Shown: positions 49,279 to 61,810 of the stretch, one piece after another
Layout: each line of letters opens with the position of its first letter
How positions within the stretch are numbered: position 1 is the stretch's first letter
From: Octopus sinensis
Taxonomy: Eukaryota
DNA: 64,000 bases
NCBI RefSeq assembly: GCF_006345805.1
Contig: NC_043001.1
Location: 4,650,001 to 4,714,000, forward strand
Reading direction: 5' to 3'
Position numbers and translations under genes: made by a program
The notes under the pieces: model-generated
Database searches by the model: none
Told to the model about the DNA's origin: nothing
The model's input: the letters and a program-made list of their open reading frames with translations, nothing else

Positions 49279-50226
49279 TAAACCGTTGCAACGACATCAA
49301 ATTGTCCTGCTTTGAAGGCGGAAACGAGAAGCGACGTAGAAAACCATCGATACTTTAATTAGGGTTATGGCTGATTTCAAATTTTGTCGCAGTCTGTGTC
49401 ACGCTGGATCTCCCCGAGAACTACGTTAAGGGTATACCTGTCTGTGGAGTTCTCAACCACTTGCACGTTAATTTAATGAGCACGCTGTTCCGTTGATTAG
49501 ATCAAGTGGAACCCTCGTTGTCGTAACCGACGGAGCGCCACGATACTTCAAATATCATGTAACAAACGCACCGAGTAACTTTTGAACTTTTGGATGCAGA
49601 TATTTTCCTGTTTAAATACGATATCCATGTTTTTGAAAGTGTCTGTGTGAGTGGAAGTTTGATAGTCTTCACTGATGTAGGGAAAGTTCGAAAACATTTC
49701 AGTTTGTTTGTATATCTGTTTTCTTCTTTCTTCATTAATTATTTATAATTTTGGCAGAATACAAGCAATTTGAGGAGACAGAGGGAAAGTAGATCAGGAA
49801 ACCCCACTGCGTAATTCATAATTACTTTATCGGAGAATTTGAACTCGAAATGTAAACAAATTGGAAGAATTCCTCCAAGAGCATTGCCAGGTGCTTTGAC
49901 AATTCTAACTCCTCGTTGCCTTCATTTTCTACACAAAATAAATGATCTGGCATTGTTGTTCTCTGGACAAAATGCTTAGCGTAGCATTTCATCCGCCTTA
50001 ACCTTCTGCTGCGGTGAACAATCCAATTAATCCTTTCGATGACGATAAAATAAATAGCAGTTTAGTACTCGGGCTAATCTAATCGACGAGGATCCCTTTG
50101 AAATTGCTGGCTTTGTATCAAAATTTGAAATCAGCCATAACCCTAATTAAAGTATCGATGGTTTTCTACGTCTCTTCTCGTTTCCGCCTTCAAAGCAGGA
50201 CAATTTGATGTCGTTGCAACGGTTTA
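49279..50226. repeat. 108-bp inverted repeat pair, 49279-49386 and 50119-50226
   Basis: One mismatch by eye (agcgacg versus agagacg). Confidence 0.95.
49386..49571 (+). repeat. 186-bp direct copy of 52996-53181 (SINE 3' part plus flank)
   Basis: About five substitutions by eye; offset 3610 bp. Confidence 0.9.
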
Positions 50227-51801
50227 TCTATTTGACGTAAGTCAGCGAAACATTGAATATAATCATTCTTCGCATGGTTAGTAGGTATATTTCTTTTAAA
50301 AATACTATATCGTATTTTAAATGTTATTTGAAGGATATATCGCTGTTATTTCAGCAACGCAAAGTGCCATGGAAGTGCTATCTTTGGTCATATGAGAAGT
50401 AAATAGTGGGACATGTGTTTCTAGTGGAATAGTTTACTTAAATATGTCTCGTTACATTCGACAATGTGATTCCGACATTTTCCTTAGGATTTAACACCCG
50501 TTGTTTTTGGCGTATTTTCTTTACTCGTTTTTCTTCTTCTCTTTTGTGGAATGATGTTCTATGTATTCCTGGAAATTTGTAAGATGCTTTCAAATGGAAG
50601 ATCATATTAGTAAAAATAGGGAGGTTTCTATTACCAGGTGGCGTGCAATATTGCAATTACCGTAGGAGTTGCATGTTGATATAGATGTGACTTGTTTGGA
50701 TAATGGAAAGGAATTTTGTAAAGAAGCGTATATTATTTTAAAAACTGTACTTTTAGTGGTTCCCATCATATATTTATTAATGTCAGTCTCTAATTATTTT
50801 TAACAGATATAACTCTGTGACGTGTATGAGCGATTTACTCCGTTCAGGTTACCTTTTGGGAGTTATTTTTATATGTTATTGTCTCGAACATAAGTCGTGT
50901 TTAATATTCTGTTGCCATTGACGTTTTCGTATTGTTGGCATCGTCTGTATCGATGTTGATAAATCTTTAGTCGTGTATTCAGAGTTAGGATTTGTTTTCA
51001 AAACATCATAAATTTTGTTGTTGCTGCGTTATACGATCTAATTTCGTCGTTTTGGTTCCTGTCCCTCCACGAAATTGCGTAGTATATCAACTTATATTGT
51101 TTTAAAGAAGAAATGTTGGAATATATAATGGCGTATCCAGTGACATATTCAAAGGGAAATATGCACAGAACATGCACTGAATATATAAAAAAATGTATGC
51201 AGACCTCATTTATGCATATATTGAAATTCAAAAGAAAGTAGTAGGAGCAGAAACTTGAAGTAGGAAATAATGCAATATGATTCTTCTTAAACAATGGTAA
51301 CCGAAGATAGTCTATAGCAATGTGGAAAATGAAAGATAGCGCAAACTATAAATTACTAATCCAGAAATGTATAAAACGTTCACACTTCAAACATGGAAAT
51401 AAATTCATATTCATGAAACTGAACCAAATCTATACAGGAGAGATCTCCGCCGACATAACACTCTGCTGTAGACGCTAACAACAGGAAAATGTCAAAAGAA
51501 GCAGTTTTATAATATTTTCCATGATGTATACGTGAGAAGTAGTACAGTGATACGTCGTAACGGAGTAGCATTAAAAGTCTTTCTTCTGTAAAGTAAATAT
51601 CACCATACTTTGCATAATGCTACATCGTTACATCATTCGTGTAAAAGTAGAAATAGTTCTAGTAAGAAGAGAAAAAAACAGAATATTTATACTGAAGTTT
51701 TACTTGCTGCAGGTCAGTCATATAGAAAGTGGCATAGTTATAATTGCACAGTACATTTCAAACCACACAGACACACGCACACACACTCTCGCACACACAG
51801 A

Positions 51802-51839
<38 letters not shown>

Positions 51840-52644
51840 AGAAGAGAATTCAAGTAGGTTCAACTATTTATATATATTCAGCCATAAACCGATGTGTGTC
51901 AGTTACTAAAATATATTAATGTGTCAATCATTAAAATATCTAAAAATATTAAATATTTATAAATGTATAAATATGTAAAAATATAATACACATATATGGG
52001 TAGAAAATGAAACTGAAGTGTAAAATTGTCTATGTATCAATTTATATAGAAATATCTTGAATTACTCTCCTATTAACAGATTAAAAGCGTTGTTAAATAT
52101 ATTAATGATTATAAGTATAAGACTTTTATAATAAATATAATTAATGATTATAAATATAATGCGAAAAGGTGAATGAATAATGTTTGAAACATAGAGGTTT
52201 GGTTTCCAAAGAACAGGTGTAGTTAATCCAGTTTAAATAAATAAGTAGTGGTGTTCCGACAACCGTTTCAGGGGGACACTAATCCACAGATTTGAGGGTC
52301 TTTCCATCAAAGTATTTGACACTGCCTCCTTCATTAGGGAGACTACTGTATGAAATATTAATCTTAAACATTGTATTCTCTCAGATGAAATTTATTCAAA
52401 TTTTGAAAAAAGGAAATAATAGTAATTGAAAATTGCTGCAATATTTCATTCCCTCCCAGACTGGTAAACAACAACATGACAGCTTGAAGTCAGGATCGTT
52501 AGCGAGACACAAAGTTATGTATGATGAGGCCCAGGTTGCAAAATGGATGCAGCACGACATGTTTAACGTGGTCCTACACATAACGAACTGTAGCAAGATA
52601 GGTCGAAACGAACGTTGTACAAATTAACGATTAATACCAAATCC

Positions 52645-52697
52645 ATCTTCTCATTATTATTACTATTGTTATTATTATTAATATTGTTATTATTATG

Positions 52698-52771
<74 letters not shown>

Positions 52772-52810
52772 CATTATTATTGTTATTATTGTTATTATTA
52801 TTATTATTAT
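52645..52810. repeat. (ATT)n microsatellite
   Basis: Directly visible. Confidence 0.97.
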
Positions 52811-52829
52811 CTCAACTAACACTGGTTGA

Positions 52830-53160
52830 ATTCCTGAAGTAGATCCAACGGAAATATCCCGCGACCGTGCGTGACACCAGACAGCCCAAAGTGTGCCAGT
52901 GCTCTATTCAACACTTCAACAGACTAATTGATATGGCGGTGAACCCACTCTTTCTTCCTATTTCCGCTGTACATGAATTTCAAAGGGCCAGATTAGTCGC
53001 AGTCTGTGTCACGCTGGATCTCCCCGAGAACTACGTTAAATGTATACGTGTCTGTGGAGTTCTCAACCACTTGCACGTTAATTTAATGAGCACGCTGTTC
53101 CGTTGATTAGATCAACTGGAACCCTCGTTGTCGTAACCGACGGAGCGCCACGATACTTCA
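52830..53160 (+). mobile_element. SINE, same family as 61020-61390
   Basis: Shared core ctgtgtcacgct..gagaacta.gtta...ccacttgcacgttaattt...gtcgtaaccga.ggag. Confidence 0.75.
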
Positions 53161-54244
53161 AATATCAAGTAACAAACGCACACGAACGCAGACAGACGCA
53201 GCAAGTAACTTTCCCACACAACCACGTTTATTTAACTCCCATTTAAATACAAATACTATGTAACGCAAGAGCGATATTTGCAACAGTGTATGAGTGATTC
53301 GTCTTCGTCTTTGTCACAGAATTTGGCAGCCGACCTGCTTAGAATGTCTCCATTGTATCCACAGAACAGAAGACTAAAGTGAAAGTAAAACCAACAAAAA
53401 GCAAAAATTGAATACTAATTATTTTGCTCTTTTATAGTTATGTTTTGATTGGACAAAATGTAAAATAGAATTGATATTATTCAGGTAACGTCCTGCGGCG
53501 AGTTAAACAGTATCATATAAAACCTACGCACTTCAGTGGGAGAAGCTTAGTGAAATGCAAAACAAAAGAAAAAGAATCCAAACAATATAATATTATCATT
53601 ATAACTTTAGAGGAAAACATATTTATCAATGAATAACTAAAAAAATTGGCGGGGGTTAAACGACATGTGGGTGTGTATTCAGATATAACAAGCGGATGGT
53701 AGGTAAAAAATTGATGAAATGTGCATAAAAAAACCCAAACAATATACATTTTCAAAAAATATTGTTCAATGCACAGAATTAAGAAGCGATGGGGGGTAAT
53801 GTACACCATGATGGTGTATTTTCTTTTCTGACGAGTGGAACGTGCGATACGAATATTAAATATACGAAGATATGGATGTATGGAACGTAAACAAAGTTTG
53901 TAGGAGGACATTCACCTACAAATAGACAAACATAAATGCATACACACACACACGCAAACAAAGAAACACATACGAACACATATACATATATTTTAATGAT
54001 TAAAAGTCCATAGCATGCCATATGCCTATAATCCCAGGTTTCTGGGATTCATTGGCCTTTCGATTCCCTACGTGCTCTGTCCCAGAATAATTTTTTTTTG
54101 CACCTGACAACAGTGAAGGAAAGGGAAATGAAGTATTTGCTCATGAACGCAACGCTTTTCTCGGTCCAAATTGGAAACCACGACCATACGATCAAGAGAA
54201 TAACATAAAGCCCAATAAAACTATATGTATTCATATGTGAAGGT

Positions 54245-54540
<296 letters not shown>

Positions 54541-55779
54541 ATCCATAAATGCAACCTCCACTTAATTGTTTCAGGGCCTCTCCTTCTCTGTCCACTGTCT
54601 AAGAAGATACCTGTTTATGATCGTGCTTCAAAACCCCTGTAGAAAATACTTGCAGTTCGAAGCAATGCCCAGTTTTTTCGGGCATTTTTCTTTACATCTT
54701 TACCAATCATTTTGAGCCATGGTGGTGGCTTAGTGCTATCATTGTCATTATTGTTATCGTAGATTTTGCTGTTCTTGGTCGTCTTATTACGACAGTTCAG
54801 GTTATTGAGATATGGTAACTATTCTCAAATTTAAGAGATCAATTTTAGGATTATTCCAGGATAAAGACAATGCGCAAATACCCGCTTCGAAATTTTCTTA
54901 ATCTGAAATTTCCCTGCAGTTCGTTTTTCTGAATTTTTATTATTGCAAATGAAATAATTGTATTTCGAAATTGTGACATATTCCAGAAGAATCGGTTGCT
55001 TTCGAGAGTTGTGAATATTTCACGGCCCCGGGTTAATGTCTAGAATAAGGTGACTATTCCCGATTTATGAAAACAAGTCTATCAAACCAACCTAAGTTAT
55101 TATTTTCTCTGTCAGAAAATACTTGTAATATGTAGATTATATTCTAAAAAATATTTTACGTCCCTTAGAATATGCTACGTATGAGTTTGGTGCCGCTTTG
55201 CATCATGGTGCATCATGGTGCTTTTGCGTGCGTGAATATGCGTGCTTGTATTCATTATTTATATGTAGGGAATATGATTTATTGTTCGGTGACAATAAAA
55301 TCTGATAGAAAATGAGATACACAGTAAGGTCAGAATGATCCCAAGATGCTTATTGGGTGGTTAACTCACCTTTCAGATTATATATTTCACGAATCTGGGA
55401 GCATTTTGAGATGTAACTATTATTTGTTGCAATATAATGTCTTTAAAGGCCTTGAATGTAGACAGGACAACACAGCACTCCATGTAGCTAATACATTCAC
55501 ATCAATATACATGGTTTTCTGCCAACAAAATCGTAACATATACTACCAGGTGATGTTGTACGTTGCTCTGGTATTTGTCAAAGATTTCTCCGATGTAGGA
55601 ATATATATGCGTATGTGTGTGTATGTTGGAGTGTGCATGTGAGTTTATATAGCATGCCTGTATAAACACACACACCTTTACACACGCGTGCACAGAGATG
55701 AATACATGCATCAATATATATATATTAGCATTGTCATGATTATGCTTTTGGGATATAAAGCTTATACATATATTCACAC

Positions 55780-55990
55780 GTGTATTTCTTTCATCCAGAG
55801 GCTGCACAATTGATGTTGTTTGAAACGTACTCACTGATATAATCTTGTCGATGTCATGAAAGCACGAGATATATATTTTGGAAGATAATCTCTCCGGGAA
55901 TATATTCTCCACATTAAAGTGCCCAACAAATTCGGATTTAAAATTCAAATCATGGAATTGGAATAATATTATTGTACATAATCCACAAAT
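55780..55990 (-). mobile_element. Possible degenerate pogo/Tigger DDE transposase fragment
   Basis: QTTSIVQPLDE resembles the PNTTS..QPLDQG motif. No other motif is clear. Confidence 0.4.
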
Positions 55991-56379
55991 ATATCTACAA
56001 TAATATTTCCTTGCAAAATCTACCGCGATTTTCAATAGATACGAGTAAGCCTACGGCAACACTGTAAAGTATGTATAATGCAAACGGAACAACCTGAAAA
56101 TCAATCACTGTAGATGTATGAATATAAAACATAATTACTTGCGCATTTGACATTGTTGGAATTCTGGGAACACACATACACCACTCTCCAATTCATCTGC
56201 AGCCTCTCACAGTGAATTCGTCAATAACACACACACATATACACACACTCACACACACATACACACACACACATATATATATATATATACCCACGTGGTG
56301 TGATGTAATATATGCACGAATTTAATGAAAGAAAAAGCACACATTTTACATAGGCTGAAATTATTTTATAATATATTTT

Positions 56380-57580
56380 ATATTGTGTTCGTCGACCGGT
56401 TTTGCTTTCGCTAATCATGATGTTAAACTTATTTTAATTACCTTTTTTCCACACACAACATGGACAAAAAGAAAAGCTTTCTCCATGCTGTTGCTGGAGT
56501 TTGTGAGTGAATAATCCAACAAGTAGAAAAATCTATGGGGAGGTAATTGGCGATCGTTATTATTGTGGACAGGGGAGATACTTTTTCAGCTTTCAGTGGA
56601 GGGTGGGTGGAATTATGCATAAATTTTTTTTTAAATATTGTAGTGGGAGAAATATATAAAGTGATGGGTATGTAATCGTGAATTAAAATATATAGAGAGA
56701 TCAAAGTTTGTTATGCGTGCATACTTAGAAGTGTTCTACATTTTTTATGAATAAACTTTATATATTTTTACGTTCTTGCACAGAAATTGTATCTTAGCAC
56801 TGGTAGAATGGGAAACCTGTAAAATTTGGTTTGCTATTACCTGCACGTCTTCCCATGTGCTCACTAAAGTGTTTCTCCGTCGCAATATCATACTCGTCAG
56901 TCCTATATAGCTATGTTCCCAACCTGAGCAGGTTATTACATAAATTAGATTCTCAGGGGCACAAACGAAGTTGGCTTTAATTGTGAACCGCTCTCTTTTT
57001 TGAAAAGGAGATCTGAGGCATCAAGTAGATTAGAGCAGGTTCCACAATTTGGACGTCTACATTTTCTAACATTTGGTTTGGTAGTTGTTTTGTAAATATT
57101 CACATTTGTTAGAAGTCTCTAGCAATTTGTGTTGCTTTTTGTATTTGATGAATTAATGTGTTTTCACGATGTTGTCAATTGTTGGGTCTCCAGTTACTAA
57201 TGTAAGATTTTGCACAATACTGTAGTGTATCTCAATGTTTCTAGGAATGTGAGTGGAAATATACAGAAGTGTTTTGGGATAAGATATTGTGTTATGCTTT
57301 GTTGTCCTTGAAGTTTTTTATGCCTAATTCCCTCGTGTATAACTGATGGTGCATATTGTCTTTCAGTTAGTGTTGTACTAAAGCCTTGTGCAATTTGATT
57401 TTTCCATCGCCCCTTCCGATTATCATTTATTCTACGGTCTTTAAAATCATGTGGTCGGGAAAATATGAATTCACACTTGCTCAGAACAGTACTGGCGGTG
57501 TAGTTTTCGTCACGGACAAGTGAAGTTTGGAGGTGGGACTCCGCGATTCTACCAGATAAATGGAAGAGCATTGTAGAAAT
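56380..57580 (-). mobile_element. Degenerate Penelope-like element 3' part (RT tail, GIY-YIG, 3' region)
   Basis: STTLTERQYAPSVI, RRPNCGTCSNLL and ENLIYVITCSGWEHSYIGLTSMILRRR. A decayed hammerhead-like motif lies at 56394-56419. Confidence 0.75.
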
Positions 57581-59406
57581 TGTAGAAATTGAAGGAGAAT
57601 ATATTTTAGATTAATAAAGACTTTTTTTTCTTAATTTTAAAATCTAAATGATTAAATAAACCGCATTATTTATGGGATGGCCCAATATATTCTGACATGT
57701 GCATCGCATAATGAATTATCATGGTTGATAGGGATCTCTGTTAAAATAAAATAACTTATTGATACCAAAGCTGCATAAGCGCTGACTTACTTGGAGGTTC
57801 TCTTTGCAGATCCAAATCCATTGGGCATATTTCGAAACACGATGTTAAACATGTTTCAAAATGCAGACTCTCTTACCGAACCATTATTGTCCGTTGGTTA
57901 CAATGAAAAGATACTCCTCTCTTCGTAGAATCAAGTAGAAATAACGTTTCCTATTATATTAGAGTGAAAACCAGAACTTATTGAATTCGTTTAATATATT
58001 AATTATTCAAAATATTATAAAAAATAAACCAAAATCTACAATGTGTCAAAAGAAAACGTTCCGAAACAAAAATAAAAACCCCAAAGTCTTCGATATTCGA
58101 TTAGCTTCTGCTTGGAACAGAACACCTAGAACACGTATCAAAGTACACATTATATTAGTTGTTGTTGCCCTCTGATATTATTGTTTGTGGAACGCCATTC
58201 GTATATATAATACTTTTGAGGAACATTGTATGTGTTTCGTATATTAAAATCTTTGAAATTTTGGCTAACTTTTTATATAATATAATATTTATGATTTATG
58301 ATTTTATTTTAAATTATAGCAATAGTATTGCCAATATTTATTGCTCCAGTTTTCCTTTCAAGATTTCTATTTAATTTCGCAGACTATATAAATCAATCCA
58401 TCCGCAAGGCAGTACAGAAAAATCACACTTTCATCTTTCAACATAAAATTGATTCAAAACAACCCCTTTTTGTCCGATCAGTTTGAATACAGAAGATAGC
58501 AATGGAGTAATTGATCTCTGATTGTTTTGGTTCACTGCAGAGAAGAAAAACAAGCTCTAGATAATGATACAAATCGCTTCTTCCTGATACAATTCAAGGA
58601 CATATTTTTCAAAGTAGAAAATATAAAGTGAAGTAATACGATGAATAATTTTGATCCTGAAGGTGCTGCAACTTGTAATTTCAACAACATCAAACACATT
58701 ACTGTGAAAAGATACATTAGCTTGGCACATAAATTCGTATAACCTTAGAGATATAAGTCCCTTTCAGTAAATAAAAGAACATGGATGACAGGTTTCAAAT
58801 TTTCACCTTTCCAATAAATTGTTCACCTTTTGTGTCAAAGATTTCGTTTTCTCATTAAGCTGTTGCCCGTCTGTACAGGTATTGGACAACTATGCAAATT
58901 AATATGACAGGGTGAGGTTTTATTAGCGATGCAGAGGAAACAAAAGACAAAGCGGTTTTTCCGTAGCTGCGGTCATAACGGATCAATTGTAATATATGTA
59001 AGGCTTAACATATAATGCATCTTGATATATTGCCTCATTATTCCGTGCAGAGTACTGAAAATATAAGTTAGCTCTAAAAGTAAAACAGCGATGCACATAA
59101 CTCATTCTGTTCTCCTAAACCTATTTACAATGTTTTATTAAATTGCATCGCTTTGATTATATGTTTCACTCTGTGGTGATGGTGCGACCCAGGGACTAGT
59201 ATTCCTTATGAATGATAGCCGGACGTTTATTCGAGTAACTTTTAATCATATTAAATTCCACCCTTGCTCACATGAATTAAGTGGTTTCTACGATCTATTC
59301 TTTTCGCGATTTCTTGTTGACACCCAAGAGTATATACTCTTGAAAATGGTACTCCACAAAATGCATGTGGTACTCTACAAAAATGTATATTAAGAAGTAC
59401 ATAAGT

Positions 59407-59650
59407 AGGAATTTCAACGGTGTTTTGTGGTCTGCTACAACAACAGCTCCTTTATAGGATCCAGTTAGCTCAGAACATCATCAGGGGGAACCACGTCCGG
59501 TTGCGGCCCCTACTCCTCTACCGTTTTGACGTGTCGCCCCATCCCTCTCGGAGGTGTCTTCAGCTCTGGTGTTGGGTGCATGTCTTCTTTCTTCTGTCCC
59601 TGGCCTCTTCGATGCAGCGTCAGAGAGTGTCAGTGGGCGACTGACTGACT
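59407..59650 (-). mobile_element. Second copy of the 21291-21530 repeat
   Basis: aggaatttcaac.gtgttt...taggatccagtta...cccctactcctctaccgtttt...gggcgactgactg is shared. Confidence 0.75.
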
Positions 59651-60359
59651 TAAGATATAGGTTTAAATCCATTACTGTGTAGCGACGGAGTACACATCGC
59701 ATAATTTATATGGCATTTCCACAATATTTGTCGAGAATAAATAGAGGAATATGAGTCAATACATAATGCATTAAAGAACATAAATGATTGTAAATAATAT
59801 TTGTTTGATATTATATTGTATATCATCGAAAATTATATGCAAACAGATCCGTGATATTTGAAGGAAATTTTGCAACCAGATAATTAAGTTTACTTTGATT
59901 GTAATGTATGAATGTTGCTAGAAATTCCGTTAATATTTCGTTAAAGATACCTAAGCATAATGGACTTTCGGCGAACGATTCTAAGATTTTGCAGCACCGA
60001 AATTGCAGTGAGTGTGCATGAAATCTCGAACGACTGAAAGAGAACAGACGTTCAGCCATATTAAATATTTCCAATATGCTTTTTCACTTGTTACGGTAAT
60101 ATTGATCGATATTGTTTTGATTATTATTCATAGCGTAAAGAGCTGTTCTTTTCATACGCTTATTTATTACATTGAGGTTTACTCCATCTGTCTCTCCATA
60201 TATTTTGCCCTGCCTTTCAGTCTGTTTTTTCTCTCTCATCCAGTTTCTCAGTCGGGTACATTTTGTTTCTAACATTCATTTACATTACTTCAAATGTTGT
60301 ACTAACTATTTATTCAGTACTTTGACATTATCTGGTAGGATTCGAGCGAGTATACGTAC

Positions 60360-60379
60360 GTATATCTGTATATATATAT

Positions 60380-60431
<52 letters not shown>

Positions 60432-60446
60432 ATATATATATATATA

Positions 60447-60500
<54 letters not shown>

Positions 60501-60504
60501 AATA

Positions 60505-60542
<38 letters not shown>

Positions 60543-60633
60543 ATATATATATATATAATATATATATATATACGTGTATATGTGTATATATATATATATA
60601 TATTATATATATATATATATACACGTGTATATG

Positions 60634-60670
<37 letters not shown>
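60360..60670. repeat. (TA)n microsatellite, about 300 bp
   Basis: Directly visible. Confidence 0.97.
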
Positions 60671-60671
<1 letters not shown>

Positions 60672-60819
60672 CAATTTTGGCAAATGAAATAAGTATAAAA
60701 ATGTATATTGTTCAATAAAATTAAGTAGCATGAAACGATTGTACTACACTACCTTGGATATCCTTGTTGCTTATTTTGAGTATATATATGTATATATATA
60801 TACATTTTCAAAACGCAAT

Positions 60820-61010
60820 CGCATCGTCGGCAAAACTTTTCCCTCCATCTTCCTTCTCTATTGGACTTTTCTTCGTTTGTGAAAAAGAGTTTTGCCCGAA
60901 ACGTAAAAGCATCTTTCTTTCTCTTCCTGAGTGGCTGCTGATATTCTACATGTACCATGTCTTCACGTTGTTTCTTGTGTTCTTCGTTTTTGTGGGATTT
61001 AATATAGGTA
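60820..61010 (+). mobile_element. Diverged Penelope-type terminal repeat
   Basis: Related to 17953-18146, with the remnant gtgaaaaagag...cccgaaacgtaaaag. Confidence 0.45.
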
Positions 61011-61019
61011 TATAGGCTT

Positions 61020-61390
61020 ACTGGCCCAATGGTTAGGGAAGCAGACAGGCGCTGGCAGAGTCACGATTTTGATTCCCAGACGGGGTGTTGTGTGTATGGA
61101 GAGAAAACACTTAAATCTCCACGATCTCCGCCAGGGAGGGGCGGTGGCGAACCCTGCTGTGCTCGTTCACCACAACTTTCTCTCACGTTTCCTTCCTGTT
61201 TCTGTTGTACCTGTGCTTCAAAGGGCCAGCCTTCTCCAACTCTGTGTCACGCTAAATCTCCCTGAGAACTATGTTAGGGGTTCGCGCGTCTGTGGAATGC
61301 TCAGCCACTTGCACGTTAATTTCACGAGGAAGCTGTTTCGTTGATCGTATCAGCTGGGACCCTCGTCGTCGTAACCGATGGAGTGCAACG
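61020..61390 (+). mobile_element. Full-length tRNA-derived SINE, about 370 bp
   Basis: A-box TGGCCCAATGG, B-box-like GATTTTGATTCC, conserved 3' core, then (TA)n. Confidence 0.8.
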
Positions 61391-61733
61391 ACATATATAT
61401 AAATATATATATGTGTGTGTGTATGAAATGTAAACGCAAATACATATATATATATATATACATACACATACACACGTACACACGCCCGCACACATTCCAG
61501 AGACACATGATATGAATTTTTGTCTAGCTCCAGAAATAAATGCATCACCCGATCTAGGAATTGAAATCACGATCGATGAATCCTCAGTGTAATACCCTAA
61601 CCAGTGAGTCACGTGTTCACTCACGCACAAGCACACACACACACACATATATATATGTATATATATATATTCATGTATATATACCTATATATAGAGAGAG
61701 ATGCATACACACACACACACCACACACACACAC

Positions 61734-61810
<77 letters not shown>

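Noticed and set aside
49279-50226. MITE with 108-bp TIRs and TA duplication
   Set aside because: The right arm begins inside a native SINE tail, and the left arm is fused to a copy of another local segment, which fits templated duplication better. Not fully excluded.
55502-56035. 177-aa ORF as an intact gene
   Set aside because: It runs through CA/TA repeats; only a short pogo-like motif is recognisable.
61020-61090. tRNA gene
   Set aside because: The A/B-box-like head cannot form a cloverleaf and continues into a multicopy SINE body. No true tRNA or rRNA genes were seen in the window.
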